The notes beneath the pieces were generated by a model, which searched no databases, was not told the DNA's origin, and worked only from the letters and a program-made list of their open reading frames with translations. Positions 9,515 through 19,266 of a DNA stretch of 49,849 bases are shown piece by piece. The DNA is taken from assembly GCA_004213155.1 (NCBI GenBank), contig SHAN01000001.1, forward strand, positions 1-49,849. Reading direction: 5' to 3'. A program made the translations under genes and the position numbers. The DNA comes from Candidatus Pelagibacterales bacterium. Lineage in GTDB: Bacteria; Pseudomonadota; Alphaproteobacteria; Pelagibacterales; Pelagibacteraceae. How positions within the stretch are numbered: the stretch's first letter is position 1; every line of letters starts with the position of its first letter.

Positions 9515-10314
9515 TAAGCAGCACTTTCTAAAAATTTATCCTGAGAAATAAATTCATTTATAAAGTTAAAATATGATTTACTTCCGGGACAGTTTTTGTC
9601 ATAAATTAAAACAGGCATTCCATGTGAGGGTGCTTCAGATAAACGTACATTTCTTGGTATTACTGTTGTATAAACTTTATCCTTAAAATAACTTCTGGCT
9701 TCAACTTCTACTTGATTTGATAATTTATTTCTTTTATCAAACATTGTTAAAAGTATGCCTCTAATTACTAGATTTGAATTTAAATTTGAGGTTATCCTTT
9801 CAATTGTTTTCATTAATTGAGTAAGTCCTTCAAGCGCAAAAAATTCTGTTTGTAGTGGTACTATTAAAGAATCAGAAGCAACAAGCGCCATTACAGTTAA
9901 AAGGCTTAATGAGGGAGGACAATCAATAAAAACATAGGAAAATTGGCCCTCATTTTGCTTTAAAAAAGCTTCTAATTTTTCTTTTAAAAAAAGAGCTCTT
10001 CTGTTATCGCCTGCTGTTTCAACTTCAAGACCAGACAGATCGACATTAGAACTTACAAGATTTAAATTTTCTATTGATGTTTTTTTTATAACATCTTTAA
10101 AATCTTTATCTCCAATTAGTAATTCATAAATTGTATCTTTGGAGTTTAAATTTGATAAGCCTAGACCTGTTGTTGCATTGCCTTGAGGATCCAAATCAAT
10201 AACTAATACTTTTTTATTTTGTAAAGCGAGACCGGCTGCTAAATTTATTACAGTAGTTGTTTTTCCTACACCACCCTTCTGATTTATGACCGATATGATT
10301 TGAGTCTTATTCAA
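9514..10314 (-). CDS. parA: chromosome partitioning ATPase ParA
   Basis: It has the deviant Walker A motif NQKGGVGKTTT. Confidence 0.95.
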   Translation of the reverse strand: MNKTQIISVINQKGGVGKTTTVINLAAGLALQNKKVLVIDLDPQGNATTGLGLSNLNSKDTIYELLIGDKDFKDVIKKTSIENLNLVSSNVDLSGLEVETAGDNRRALFLKEKLEAFLKQNEGQFSYVFIDCPPSLSLLTVMALVASDSLIVPLQTEFFALEGLTQLMKTIERITSNLNSNLVIRGILLTMFDKRNKLSNQVEVEARSYFKDKVYTTVIPRNVRLSEAPSHGMPVLIYDKNCPGSKSYFNFINEFISQDKFLESAA

Positions 10315-10927
10315 TTTTTTTTTTTATATTTTTAATATTTAAAATTAACGAATCATTACTTGTAATACTCTTATGTTCCTTATACTCAATATCCCAAACC
10401 TTTGAAGCATCTAAAACACTTTGTTTTCCTTTTTTCCCCAGAAATAATATTAAATTATTATATTTAATAAAATTTTTTGCCATAATTTCACATATTTGAT
10501 GAATTGGTTTGAAGGCTCTTGCGGTCACAGACCCCCCTTCAATATTTTTCTCATCAAAAATATTTTTAGTGATAATTTCAGCTTTTAATTTAAATTTTTC
10601 TTTTACCAATTGAAGAAAATCTGATTTTTTTGAGCTTTTTTCATAAAAAATAGATTTAATTTCTTTTTTTTCATTTTTAAGCATAATACTAATTATAATA
10701 CCAGGAAATCCAGATCCTGTGCCTAAATCTATATATTTTTTTTGATTTTTGTCAATTAAATCATATACTTGAGCACTATCAATTATATGCCTTTCATCAA
10801 CAATTTTTTCATCATTTTTACTGATAAGGTTAATTTTTTTGTTTTTATCAATCAAAATAGACCTGTATTCTTTAATTAAATCTATTGTTTCACGTGGAAC
10901 ATTGGCTAATTTATCTAATTTAGCCAT
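10307..10927 (-). CDS. rsmG: 16S rRNA (guanine527-N7)-methyltransferase RsmG
   Basis: It has the SAM motif DLGTGSGFPGI. It sits between mnmG and parA. Confidence 0.9.
   Translation of the reverse strand: MAKLDKLANVPRETIDLIKEYRSILIDKNKKINLISKNDEKIVDERHIIDSAQVYDLIDKNQKKYIDLGTGSGFPGIIISIMLKNEKKEIKSIFYEKSSKKSDFLQLVKEKFKLKAEIITKNIFDEKNIEGGSVTARAFKPIHQICEIMAKNFIKYNNLILFLGKKGKQSVLDASKVWDIEYKEHKSITSNDSLILNIKNIKKKIE
10886..10901. other. parS centromere-like site
   Basis: TGTTTCACGTGGAACA matches the 16-bp consensus TGTTTCACGTGAAACA at 15 of 16 positions. It lies inside the 5-prime end of rsmG, next to parAB. Confidence 0.7.
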
Positions 10928-12799
10928 TTAGGCTGTAATTTTTGTATTTTTACGTTTCACGTGTGATAAGAGTATATATACAGCTGCTGGAGTTATTCCA
11001 TCAATGCGGAGAGCCTGGCCCATTGTTTCAGGTCTTATTTGATTAAATTTAGCCTTTACTTCATTTGAAAGTCCACTTAACAAATTATAATCTAAATTTT
11101 TTGGAATTAGGAGGTTTTCATCTCTTTTAAAAGCTAAAATATCAGCTTTTTGCTTGACCATATATCCTCTATAATGTGAATTAATTTCTATCTGTTCATC
11201 GATTTCAATACCAAATCTTGGAATTTCTGGCCATATTTCTCTTATTTTATCCATATTAACTCCTTTTTGACTTAAAATTCTATTTGCAGATCTTTTAACA
11301 CCATCTTTTGCTATCTTAATTCCAAAATTTTCCGCTTTTGTAGGAGATAAAACTAAATTATCCATTTTATCAGAAATTTTGGATAAGCATTCATTTTTTT
11401 CATTATATATTTCTATTCTTTTTTTACTAATTAATCCTATGTTGTGACCTTTCTGGGTCAAACGTTGATCGGCATTATCAGCTCTAAGTGATAATCTGTA
11501 TTCAGCTCTAGATGTGAACATTCTATAAGGCTCAGCAACACCTTTCGTTACCAAATCATCAATCATAACTCCAATATAAGCATCAGACCTATCAAGGATA
11601 AAGGGCTCAGAATTCTTTATAGATTGAGCGGCATTGATACCAGCTATCAAACCTTGTGCTGCCGCCTCTTCATAACCTGTAGTGCCATTAATTTGGCCAG
11701 CCAAATATAAATTTTTAATTTTCTTTGTTTCTAGAGTTAAAAATAGCTCCCTTGGATCAATATAATCATATTCAATTGCATATCCAGGTCTCAATATTTT
11801 AACATTTTCTAAACCATTGATATTACTACATATTTCTGCTTGTATTTCATCTGGTAACGAAGTCGATATACCATTAGGGTAAATAGTATGGTCATTTAAA
11901 CCTTCCGGTTCTAAAAAAATTTGATGTTTGTCTTTATCTGTAAACTTGACAATCTTATCTTCAATGGATGGGCAGTATCTAGGTCCAACTCCCTTTATGT
12001 TTCCAGAATACATAGCACTTCTTTTTAAATTTTTCGAAATTATTTTATGAACCTTTTGATTTGTATAAGTCACCCTGCAAGAAATTTGTTTGTTTAAAAT
12101 TTTTTTCGTTAAGAAAGAAAAAAAATATGGATCATCATCTGCAAATTGCTCTTCAAGATTTTTAAAATTAATTGTTCTTGAGTCAAGTCTTGGAGGTGTG
12201 CCTGTCTTTAATCTTCCAATTTTAAAATTATATTTTTTTAATTGTTCACTTAAACCGGTTGACGGCTTTTCATTGTACCTGCCTGCGGGAGTTTTTTTTT
12301 CACCTACATGAATTAAACCATTTAAAAAAGTTCCAGTTGTAAGAACTAATTTTTTACAAAAAACACTTTTTCCTGACTCTGTTTCAAAACCAATTATCGA
12401 GTCTTTATCAAAAATAAACCTAATTACAGGATCAGAAAAAACCTTTAAATTACAATAATTTAAGAGCTTTTTTTGCATAAATTTTCGATATAAAAACCTA
12501 TCTGACTGTGTTCTGGGACCTCTGACGGCCGGGCCTCTACTACGGTTTAATAATCTAAATTGAATTCCAGATTTATCAGCAACTTCTCCCATTACACCAT
12601 CTAAGGCATCTATCTCTCTTACAAGATGTCCTTTTCCTAGACCTCCGATTGCAGGATTACATGACATCTCACCAATCGTTTCAATTTTGTGAGTATATAA
12701 TGCAGTGTTGACACCTAATCTTGCAGATGATGCAGCTGCTTCACATCCTGCATGACCACCTCCTATAACAACAACATCAAAAGATAAATCATTTTTCAT
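10928..12799 (-). CDS. mnmG: tRNA uridine 5-carboxymethylaminomethyl modification enzyme MnmG
   Basis: It has the FAD motif [12 protein letters not shown]. It is 623 aa and full length. Confidence 0.97.
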   Translation of the reverse strand: MKNDLSFDVVVIGGGHAGCEAAASSARLGVNTALYTHKIETIGEMSCNPAIGGLGKGHLVREIDALDGVMGEVADKSGIQFRLLNRSRGPAVRGPRTQSDRFLYRKFMQKKLLNYCNLKVFSDPVIRFIFDKDSIIGFETESGKSVFCKKLVLTTGTFLNGLIHVGEKKTPAGRYNEKPSTGLSEQLKKYNFKIGRLKTGTPPRLDSRTINFKNLEEQFADDDPYFFSFLTKKILNKQISCRVTYTNQKVHKIISKNLKRSAMYSGNIKGVGPRYCPSIEDKIVKFTDKDKHQIFLEPEGLNDHTIYPNGISTSLPDEIQAEICSNINGLENVKILRPGYAIEYDYIDPRELFLTLETKKIKNLYLAGQINGTTGYEEAAAQGLIAGINAAQSIKNSEPFILDRSDAYIGVMIDDLVTKGVAEPYRMFTSRAEYRLSLRADNADQRLTQKGHNIGLISKKRIEIYNEKNECLSKISDKMDNLVLSPTKAENFGIKIAKDGVKRSANRILSQKGVNMDKIREIWPEIPRFGIEIDEQIEINSHYRGYMVKQKADILAFKRDENLLIPKNLDYNLLSGLSNEVKAKFNQIRPETMGQALRIDGITPAAVYILLSHVKRKNTKITA

Positions 12800-12915
12800 A
12801 TTTTTAATCTATAATGGATTTGTTTATTTACAAGTTAAGAGATATTTTCCTCAAATAATCGTTTAATACCAACGTTTTTTTAAAAAAAATGCATAAAAAA
12901 TCAGCAAAATTGAAC

Positions 12916-14247
12916 TTATTTACCAATGCAAAAATCGTTGAAAATACTATCTAATATCTCCTCTACATCAACTTTGCCAACTATTTTAGCAAGATTTCTT
13001 GTAGCTAGTCTTAAATCTTCAGCTGCTTTATCAAAATCTTCTGCTTCATTTTTTTTTAAAAAATTTTCCAAATGAGTAACGCAATTTTCTAAATGAGTCC
13101 TATGTCTTGATCGTGTAATTAAAATATCGTCATGAGACAAAAATTTATTTTTTAATTTTTTTTTAATTTCAAAAATTAAAACATCTAAATTTGATTTATT
13201 TTTAATTGAAATTAATACATGATCTTTTTTTTTTATATTTAGATTATTATTTTTATCTAAAAGATCTGATTTATTTACTACTAAAATAGCATTTTCATCT
13301 AAAAAATCCTTCAAAAACCCTTTAAAATCAAGGTTTTTAGGATCTACAACAATAATCTTTAAGTCAGCCTCCTCAGCCCTTTTTATTGCTAATTTTATCC
13401 CCTTTTTCTCAATTTCATTTTTAGAATCTCTAATACCAGCAGTATCAGAAATTATAACTGGATACCCATCTAAATTTAAATGAATTTCAATTACATCTCG
13501 TGTTGTTCCAGCTGTTTCAGAAACAATTGCTACATCGCGATTAGATAAATAATTTAATAAACTAGATTTACCCGCATTTGTAGGACCTACGATTGCAATT
13601 TTAAAACCCTCTCTTATATGTTCGCCTATTTTCTGGTCATCAATAACTTTTTTAATCTCATCAAGAATTATTTTTGATTTTTTTTTAATTCCTAATATTA
13701 TATTTTCTGGTAACTCTTCATCTGGAAAATCTATTTTAGCTTCTATATGAGATAAAATTTTAATAAGCTGGTCTCGCCATGAGTTAAATTTAACTGAAGA
13801 TTTGCCAGTCATAATTTTAATAGCTTGCTTTCTCTGAATTTCAGTTTCAGCTGATATCAAATCAGCAATACTTTCTGCCTTAAGCAAATTTATCTTACCA
13901 TTTTGAAATGCCAATCTGGTAAACTCTCCTGGTTCAGCCAGTCTGCAATTTTTTATTTTTGAAATTGTAGTATGAAGTTGATCTATAACTGCTCTACTAC
14001 CATGAACATGAAATTCTACTAAATCTTCACCTGTGTAGCTATCTGGCCCAGGAAACCATATTATAATCGCCTCATCAATAAGCTCATTTGTGTTGATATT
14101 CTTCACTTTTTTAAGTGTTGCCATTTTTGGAGTAGGTAACTTATCTCCAGTAAGCTGCTTTAATACATCTGCAGCCTCTTTGCCTGAAACACGAACTACG
14201 GCTATACCCGAAACTCCAGAACCTGATGATAAAGCATAAATTGTCAT
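12916..14247 (-). CDS. mnmE: tRNA modification GTPase MnmE
   Basis: It has the G1 motif GPTNAGKSSLLN, the DTAG motif, and the C-terminal CIGK motif. Confidence 0.95.
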   Translation of the reverse strand: MTIYALSSGSGVSGIAVVRVSGKEAADVLKQLTGDKLPTPKMATLKKVKNINTNELIDEAIIIWFPGPDSYTGEDLVEFHVHGSRAVIDQLHTTISKIKNCRLAEPGEFTRLAFQNGKINLLKAESIADLISAETEIQRKQAIKIMTGKSSVKFNSWRDQLIKILSHIEAKIDFPDEELPENIILGIKKKSKIILDEIKKVIDDQKIGEHIREGFKIAIVGPTNAGKSSLLNYLSNRDVAIVSETAGTTRDVIEIHLNLDGYPVIISDTAGIRDSKNEIEKKGIKLAIKRAEEADLKIIVVDPKNLDFKGFLKDFLDENAILVVNKSDLLDKNNNLNIKKKDHVLISIKNKSNLDVLIFEIKKKLKNKFLSHDDILITRSRHRTHLENCVTHLENFLKKNEAEDFDKAAEDLRLATRNLAKIVGKVDVEEILDSIFNDFCIGK

Positions 14248-14294
14248 GACAAATAGTATAACTTTAAATAATCTAATTAGAAATTAATTTATTT

Positions 14295-15035
14295 ATGAAT
14301 ATTATAATTTTACAACACATCAAAATTGAAGATCCAGGATTCATTAAAGATTTAATGATTGCAGATGGAATAAATTTAACCACTATAGAGCTAGATGAAG
14401 GGGAAAAAATTCCAGATAATTTAGAAAAGTTTGATGGAATGTTTTGCATGGGTGGACCGATGGATACTTATATGGAAGATAAGTTTCCATGGCTAATTGA
14501 AGAGAAAAGAAAAATAAAAGAATTTGTCGTTGATTTAAAAAAACCTTATTTAGGTTTTTGCTTAGGTTGCCAATTACTTGGAGAAGCAGTAGGGGGCAAG
14601 GTAGTTAGATCTATACCATCAGAAATTGGAATTATGGATGTTAATTTTTCTAATGATAAAAAAGATGATGTTCTTTTTTCAACTTTTCCTGATAAAATTA
14701 AAAGCTTACAGTGGCATTCTTATGAAGTTCAAGGTCTAGAAAAAAATAAGTATGTAAAAATTTTGGCTTCATCGCCAATAACAAAATGCCAAATTTTTAA
14801 ATACCAAAATCATGCTTACGGGATTCAATTTCATATAGAAATAAAGGAAACTACTGTAAAAGAATGGGGATGTGTGCCAGAATACAAGGCTGCTTTAGAA
14901 GAACAATTAGGTAAGAATGCTTTAGAGGAATTTGACAAAGCTGCAAGTAAAAATATGAATAATATGAATTCATACTCTAAAATTTTGTATTCTAAATTTA
15001 AGAATGATATTATGAAACTTAACAAGGAGAAGTAA
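14295..15035 (+). CDS. class I glutamine amidotransferase-like protein
   Basis: It has the nucleophile elbow GFCLGCQLL and a His-x-Glu element (QFHIE). Confidence 0.75.
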   Translation: MNIIILQHIKIEDPGFIKDLMIADGINLTTIELDEGEKIPDNLEKFDGMFCMGGPMDTYMEDKFPWLIEEKRKIKEFVVDLKKPYLGFCLGCQLLGEAVGGKVVRSIPSEIGIMDVNFSNDKKDDVLFSTFPDKIKSLQWHSYEVQGLEKNKYVKILASSPITKCQIFKYQNHAYGIQFHIEIKETTVKEWGCVPEYKAALEEQLGKNALEEFDKAASKNMNNMNSYSKILYSKFKNDIMKLNKEK

Positions 15036-15427
15036 TGAAAATTTTTAAAACAATTTCAGAAAGACAAGCAAAGGGTAAAATCAAAAAAATCTATGATGAT
15101 ATAAAAAAAACAAGAAATATCAAAAAAATACCTAATTTTTGGAAAAATCTTGCGAATGACCCAGATACTTTAGAGCGTACATGGTATTCACTTAAACAAA
15201 TAATGAAAAAAGGATCTCTTGACCCCCTAACTAAAGAATTAATATATGTTGCTGTATCTATAACTAATAATTGTGAATATTGTATTAAATCTCATACATT
15301 GGCAGCAAGAAAGAAAGGTGCCAATAATAAAATGTTAAGTGAAATGATAGCAGTTGTTGGTATGGCTAATGAAACTAACAGATTAGTTGAAGGTTATCAG
15401 GTAGAAGTAGATAAATTTTTAAAATAG
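15035..15427 (+). CDS. carboxymuconolactone decarboxylase / AhpD-like family protein
   Basis: It has a CxxC-H motif (NCEYCIKSH) in a 130-aa all-helical protein. Its start overlaps the upstream stop as TAATG. Confidence 0.65.
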   Translation: MKIFKTISERQAKGKIKKIYDDIKKTRNIKKIPNFWKNLANDPDTLERTWYSLKQIMKKGSLDPLTKELIYVAVSITNNCEYCIKSHTLAARKKGANNKMLSEMIAVVGMANETNRLVEGYQVEVDKFLK

Positions 15428-15429
15428 AA

Positions 15430-15990
15430 ATGTCTACAAAACCTCAAACTATTTTGGATTTTTGGTTTAAAGAGACACCATTCGAAAAAAAATTTAAAAA
15501 AGATATAAGTTTTGATGGGGTAATAAGAGAAAAATTTTTAAAAGACTACGAACTTGCAACTAAAAATGAGTACGATGATTGGCAAGATAATGTGAAGGGA
15601 AGTCTTGCTTTAATTATTTTATTAGATCAATTTTCTAGAAATTTGTTTAGAAATAATAAAAAAGCTTTTGAACAAGACAAAAAAGCGAGATTAATTTTAA
15701 ATGAAGCAATTAGTAGGAATTTTTTAGAAGAAATGAATAATGATGAAAGATTATTTATGTTACTTCCACTAATTCATAGTGAAGAAATTTTTGACCATGA
15801 AAATGCTTATAGACTGTTAGATAGATATTTAAATAACCATCCTAATATAGATATGATTAAAAAATTTTGGAATGATCATACGAAAGCTATAAAAAAATTT
15901 CATAGATATCCTCATAGAAATAAAATTTTAGAGAGAGAAAGTACAGAAGAGGAAGAAAAATTCTTAGAACAGCCAAATTCTAATTGGTAA
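15430..15990 (+). CDS. DUF924 family protein
   Basis: It has an LLDQFSRNLFR motif and the typical length of about 186 aa. Confidence 0.65.
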   Translation: MSTKPQTILDFWFKETPFEKKFKKDISFDGVIREKFLKDYELATKNEYDDWQDNVKGSLALIILLDQFSRNLFRNNKKAFEQDKKARLILNEAISRNFLEEMNNDERLFMLLPLIHSEEIFDHENAYRLLDRYLNNHPNIDMIKKFWNDHTKAIKKFHRYPHRNKILERESTEEEEKFLEQPNSNW

Positions 15991-15996
15991 TTTAAT

Positions 15997-16341
15997 ATGG
16001 ATTTTAAATATATATATAAAATTTGTACAAAGTTGGAATGGGAAGAAGCTAAGTTAAAAGGAAAGTTTAATGGTTCTAAAAAAGATTTAGAGGATGGCTA
16101 TATCCATTTTTCAGATAAAGAACAGATAGAAGGCACTTTAAAAAAGTTTTTTAAAAATCAAAAAAATTTAATTTTATTAAAGATAAATGCTTTAGAGCTT
16201 GACCATTTAATATATGAACAATCTTCTGAGGGTAATATGTTTCCTCATCTTTATTCATCTCTTAAGGTTTCAAGTATTTGTAATGAATACAATATTACTT
16301 TAAAAAAAGATGGTTCTCATTTAATACCTACATTAATTTAA
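15997..16341 (+). CDS. DUF952 family protein
   Basis: It has GYIHFS ... FPHLYSSL motifs and is 114 aa. Confidence 0.65.
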   Translation: MDFKYIYKICTKLEWEEAKLKGKFNGSKKDLEDGYIHFSDKEQIEGTLKKFFKNQKNLILLKINALELDHLIYEQSSEGNMFPHLYSSLKVSSICNEYNITLKKDGSHLIPTLI

Positions 16342-16673
16342 TTTGAATTACCTAATAAATTAACCATTAAAACACCTGCCACAATTAATGCTAGTCCAAT
16401 AATTCCATATAGATTAGGCATTTGATTATACTTAAACATACCAACAACAACAGTCGCTAGAATAGTTAATCCAGCAAAAGAAGCATAAGTAATTCCCATT
16501 GGGATCGTTTTCATAACCATCGATAATGCATACATACATAGTACAATTGTAATAGCTGTAATAATACTTGGAATAATAAGTGTAAATCCTTCAGCACTTT
16601 TAGCAAAGCTATTTGATGTAACACCTAAAAAAACTGCTACAGCTAAATATAAATAAGACATTAGTGTTCCCAT
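16338..16673 (-). CDS. SMR-fold small membrane protein, non-canonical (no TM1 Glu), subunit B
   Basis: It is 111 aa with 4 TM segments. TIPMGITYASFAGLT...IVAGVLMVNLLG matches the EmrE/Gdx layout. TM1 (YLYLAVAVFLGVTSNSFAKSAEGFT) has Gly where Glu14 is expected. Confidence 0.7.
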   Translation of the reverse strand: MGTLMSYLYLAVAVFLGVTSNSFAKSAEGFTLIIPSIITAITIVLCMYALSMVMKTIPMGITYASFAGLTILATVVVGMFKYNQMPNLYGIIGLALIVAGVLMVNLLGNSN

Positions 16674-16679
16674 TAATAA

Positions 16680-17015
16680 CTAATTAGTTTTTCCTAATAA
16701 ATTTAACATTACAACGCCAATGATAATAAAAAATATACCAATAATAGCATAAATATTTGGAGTTTGATTATATTTATAAAAACCAAAAATAGTAACTGCT
16801 GTTATTGTAAGGCCTCCGTAAGAAGCATAAGCAAAACCTACAGGTATAGTAAGCATAGTTTTTGCTAAAAAGAATAAACATATAACTATAGAAATTACAC
16901 ATAATATTGTTTGAAATATATTTGTAAAACCATCTGTAGTTTTTAAAAAACCATTTGCAGCAATACCAAACATAATAGCAAGTATTAAATAAATGTAACC
17001 TGATATGGAGTTCAT
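16680..17015 (-). CDS. SMR-fold small membrane protein, non-canonical (no TM1 Glu), subunit A
   Basis: It is a tandem paralog, with about 52 of 111 positions identical in my gap-free hand alignment. TM1 (YIYLILAIMFGIAANGFLKTTDGFT) again has Gly at the Glu14 position. Confidence 0.7.
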   Translation of the reverse strand: MNSISGYIYLILAIMFGIAANGFLKTTDGFTNIFQTILCVISIVICLFFLAKTMLTIPVGFAYASYGGLTITAVTIFGFYKYNQTPNIYAIIGIFFIIIGVVMLNLLGKTN

Positions 17016-17051
17016 ATAATCAACATAAACTAAAATACAAAAAAAATATAT

Positions 17052-17273
17052 CTAAGAAGTTATCTTATCGACAAATTTTTGAGCAATAGGAGCCATAATA
17101 AATGTAGCTAACATCGCTACTGGTAAACTTACAGACCAAGCTTTGAGAAATCTATCAAAATAGTCATTGTCGTAACCAGTATTAACAAATGTAATTATAA
17201 GTGTCATTAAAAGACTCATTCCAATTCCCATAATTATAATGAATAATAATTTTGAATATTTTTTTTTAAACAT
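17052..17273 (-). CDS. DUF2798 family membrane protein
   Basis: It is 73 aa with two TM segments. It shows the pattern LMTLIITFVNTG...FLKAWSVSLPVAM. Confidence 0.55.
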   Translation of the reverse strand: MFKKKYSKLLFIIIMGIGMSLLMTLIITFVNTGYDNDYFDRFLKAWSVSLPVAMLATFIMAPIAQKFVDKITS

Positions 17274-17328
17274 TAAATTATTTTTTAGACAAACTGATAG
17301 TAATTGCCATTTTTATAAAAAAAGTATT

Positions 17329-17649
17329 TTACTTAGGCATTGGTGTTGCGCCAGTTTCTAAACCTATGATTTTTCCATCTTTGTATTTATAAACTGCCAT
17401 AACAGCTTCAACATTTCCGTCATCAAATGTTACAAATGAATGATGTATACCAACTTCATCATTTTCATAAACTATTCTTGTCTTGTCTTGTTTAATATCG
17501 CCACTCATCGCCCATTTGATCACATCGGCTTTACCTAAAGCATTGCCTGATTTATGCATTGTAAATTTAAAATCGTTATGCAAAAGTTCATTCATAGCTA
17601 CTTCATCTTTATTCGATATCGCATTACTGTATTTCTCTAGTATAGACAT
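17329..17649 (-). CDS. NTF2/SnoaL-like small protein
   Basis: It is 106 aa. The length and alpha+beta pattern are typical of SnoaL-like domains, but I recognise no catalytic motif. Confidence 0.4.
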   Translation of the reverse strand: MSILEKYSNAISNKDEVAMNELLHNDFKFTMHKSGNALGKADVIKWAMSGDIKQDKTRIVYENDEVGIHHSFVTFDDGNVEAVMAVYKYKDGKIIGLETGATPMPK

Positions 17650-17665
17650 ATTTTCTCCTTGTTTA

Positions 17666-18043
17666 TTAATATATTCCTGACTCTGCTATTTTTTTGATTT
17701 CATCTTTAGAACCAGGAATTAATTTAAAGATAAAATTATCACATTCTTTTGTTGTGTCTTCCTCATATGCTTTTCCGTAACGAATATCTACAATTTTAAT
17801 TGTTTTTTTATTGAGTTTTTCTTCCTCTACACCTTTCTTAATTAAATAAGAACTTAAAAATTTTTTAGCTGCAAAAGAGTGCACAATTTTTTCTAACTCA
17901 AGCTCACCTTGAGGAATCATACTATTAGCATAGTAAATTCCAGTACATTCGATTGTTTTAGATTTATCTCCATCAGTCATATCTGACTGAGATACAGTAG
18001 ACATAATAAAAAATGAAATAGTAATTAAAATTAACTTTTTCAT
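17666..18043 (-). CDS. hypothetical secreted protein
   Basis: It has an N-terminal signal-like segment MKKLILITISFFIMSTVSQS and two Cys residues. I recognise no family. Confidence 0.45.
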   Translation of the reverse strand: MKKLILITISFFIMSTVSQSDMTDGDKSKTIECTGIYYANSMIPQGELELEKIVHSFAAKKFLSSYLIKKGVEEEKLNKKTIKIVDIRYGKAYEEDTTKECDNFIFKLIPGSKDEIKKIAESGIY

Positions 18044-18241
18044 GAATTAAAACCTTTTGAAAGTTTTTGCTCTATTTTAACGTACATATTTATTCTCCAT
18101 TTTTACTTGTTAGATTAACTTATAAATAATTTTTAATATTGTTACATATTTGTTAAATTTGATAGATCAATAATGTCTCAGCAGATATGCAATTTAATTA
18201 TAGTTTTTTTTTATTATAATTTGATGTAATATAGATAAATT

Positions 18242-18658
18242 ATGATAGAAAAATTTAACGGAATTATTTATTTTATAATATTCATAGTACACTTTGGTGC
18301 TTTCGCTTTTTATGCATTTAGATGTCTGTTCACTACTAAAGCATTTATTGACCAATACGGTATGGGAGATGGTTCGGCAATTATGACGAGGTTTTTTGGT
18401 TCTATTTTTGTTGGTTCTGTTTTAATGGCAATCTATGTCGGCTTTATAAGACCTGGTGGATTAGAAAATACATGGGCTTTTTTTAATTTAATATTTTTAC
18501 AGAATGCTTGTGCTTTCGTTTTTGCTATTTGGTCTCATCAAAAGGGAAATTTAGGAACTAATGAAAAAACTTCTAAAGAAGGAATAATAGCTCCTGGTGT
18601 TTTAACTTTATTAAGCGCAATTCTTGTTTACGGATTAGCAGATAAAATTTATACTTAA
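18242..18658 (+). CDS. hypothetical integral membrane protein (about 4 TM)
   Basis: It has four hydrophobic segments. I recognise no family. Confidence 0.45.
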   Translation: MIEKFNGIIYFIIFIVHFGAFAFYAFRCLFTTKAFIDQYGMGDGSAIMTRFFGSIFVGSVLMAIYVGFIRPGGLENTWAFFNLIFLQNACAFVFAIWSHQKGNLGTNEKTSKEGIIAPGVLTLLSAILVYGLADKIYT

Positions 18659-19266
18659 TTTTTTTTAAAAAAAATATTCTCAATATCTTTATTAACGACT
18701 TCAAAATTAAATTTTGATAAAAAAGATATAAGGTTTTTTTCTTCGTTACCCTCTTCAAAAGTACCACCAAGATGTTTTTTTTCTAATTGTATTTCAGATA
18801 TTTCTACTTTGTTAAAATCAATTGATCTTATAATTTCATCATCATATCCTTCAGTATCAATTATAAGTTTATCTAATTTTTTAATTTTATATTTATCTAT
18901 TAGATCATTAAATTTTATTGTTGATAAACTTATTTCATCAATATCATCAGCTGTTATTAAAAATCTCTTTGTTCTGTGATTAAGAATATGCTCTTTAGAA
19001 AAAGATCCTATACCACTAGCCCAATGTTTTTTTAACTTAGAAACTGAAGATCCTTTTACAAAATAAAATGGTTTTATTTCATTTGTCTTTGAGATTGCAA
19101 TATTTTCAAAATAGATATTATTTTTATTTAAAAATCTCTCTTTTAATTGATCAAAATTATATTTAACTGGCTCAATTAATATAATATTTCCTTTAGATTT
19201 ATTAATTTCATTCTCTAACCAAAAGCCATGGTGGGCACCAACTACTATTAACCCAAAATGAGACAT
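18655..19266 (-). CDS. FkbM-family methyltransferase-like protein
   Basis: It has VVGAHHG ... IEPV ... IIDTEGYDDEII, which resembles the Methyltransf_21 (FkbM) motifs DVGAN.G / EP / IDVEG.E. Confidence 0.5.
   Translation of the reverse strand: MSHFGLIVVGAHHGFWLENEINKSKGNIILIEPVKYNFDQLKERFLNKNNIYFENIAISKTNEIKPFYFVKGSSVSKLKKHWASGIGSFSKEHILNHRTKRFLITADDIDEISLSTIKFNDLIDKYKIKKLDKLIIDTEGYDDEIIRSIDFNKVEISEIQLEKKHLGGTFEEGNEEKNLISFLSKFNFEVVNKDIENIFFKKN

Noticed and set aside
10953-10968. A second parS-like sequence, CGTTTCACGTGTGATA, at the 3-prime end of mnmG.
   Set aside because: Only about 11 of 16 positions match, and only the left half-site plus the CACGTG core. That is not enough to call it a ParB site without binding data.
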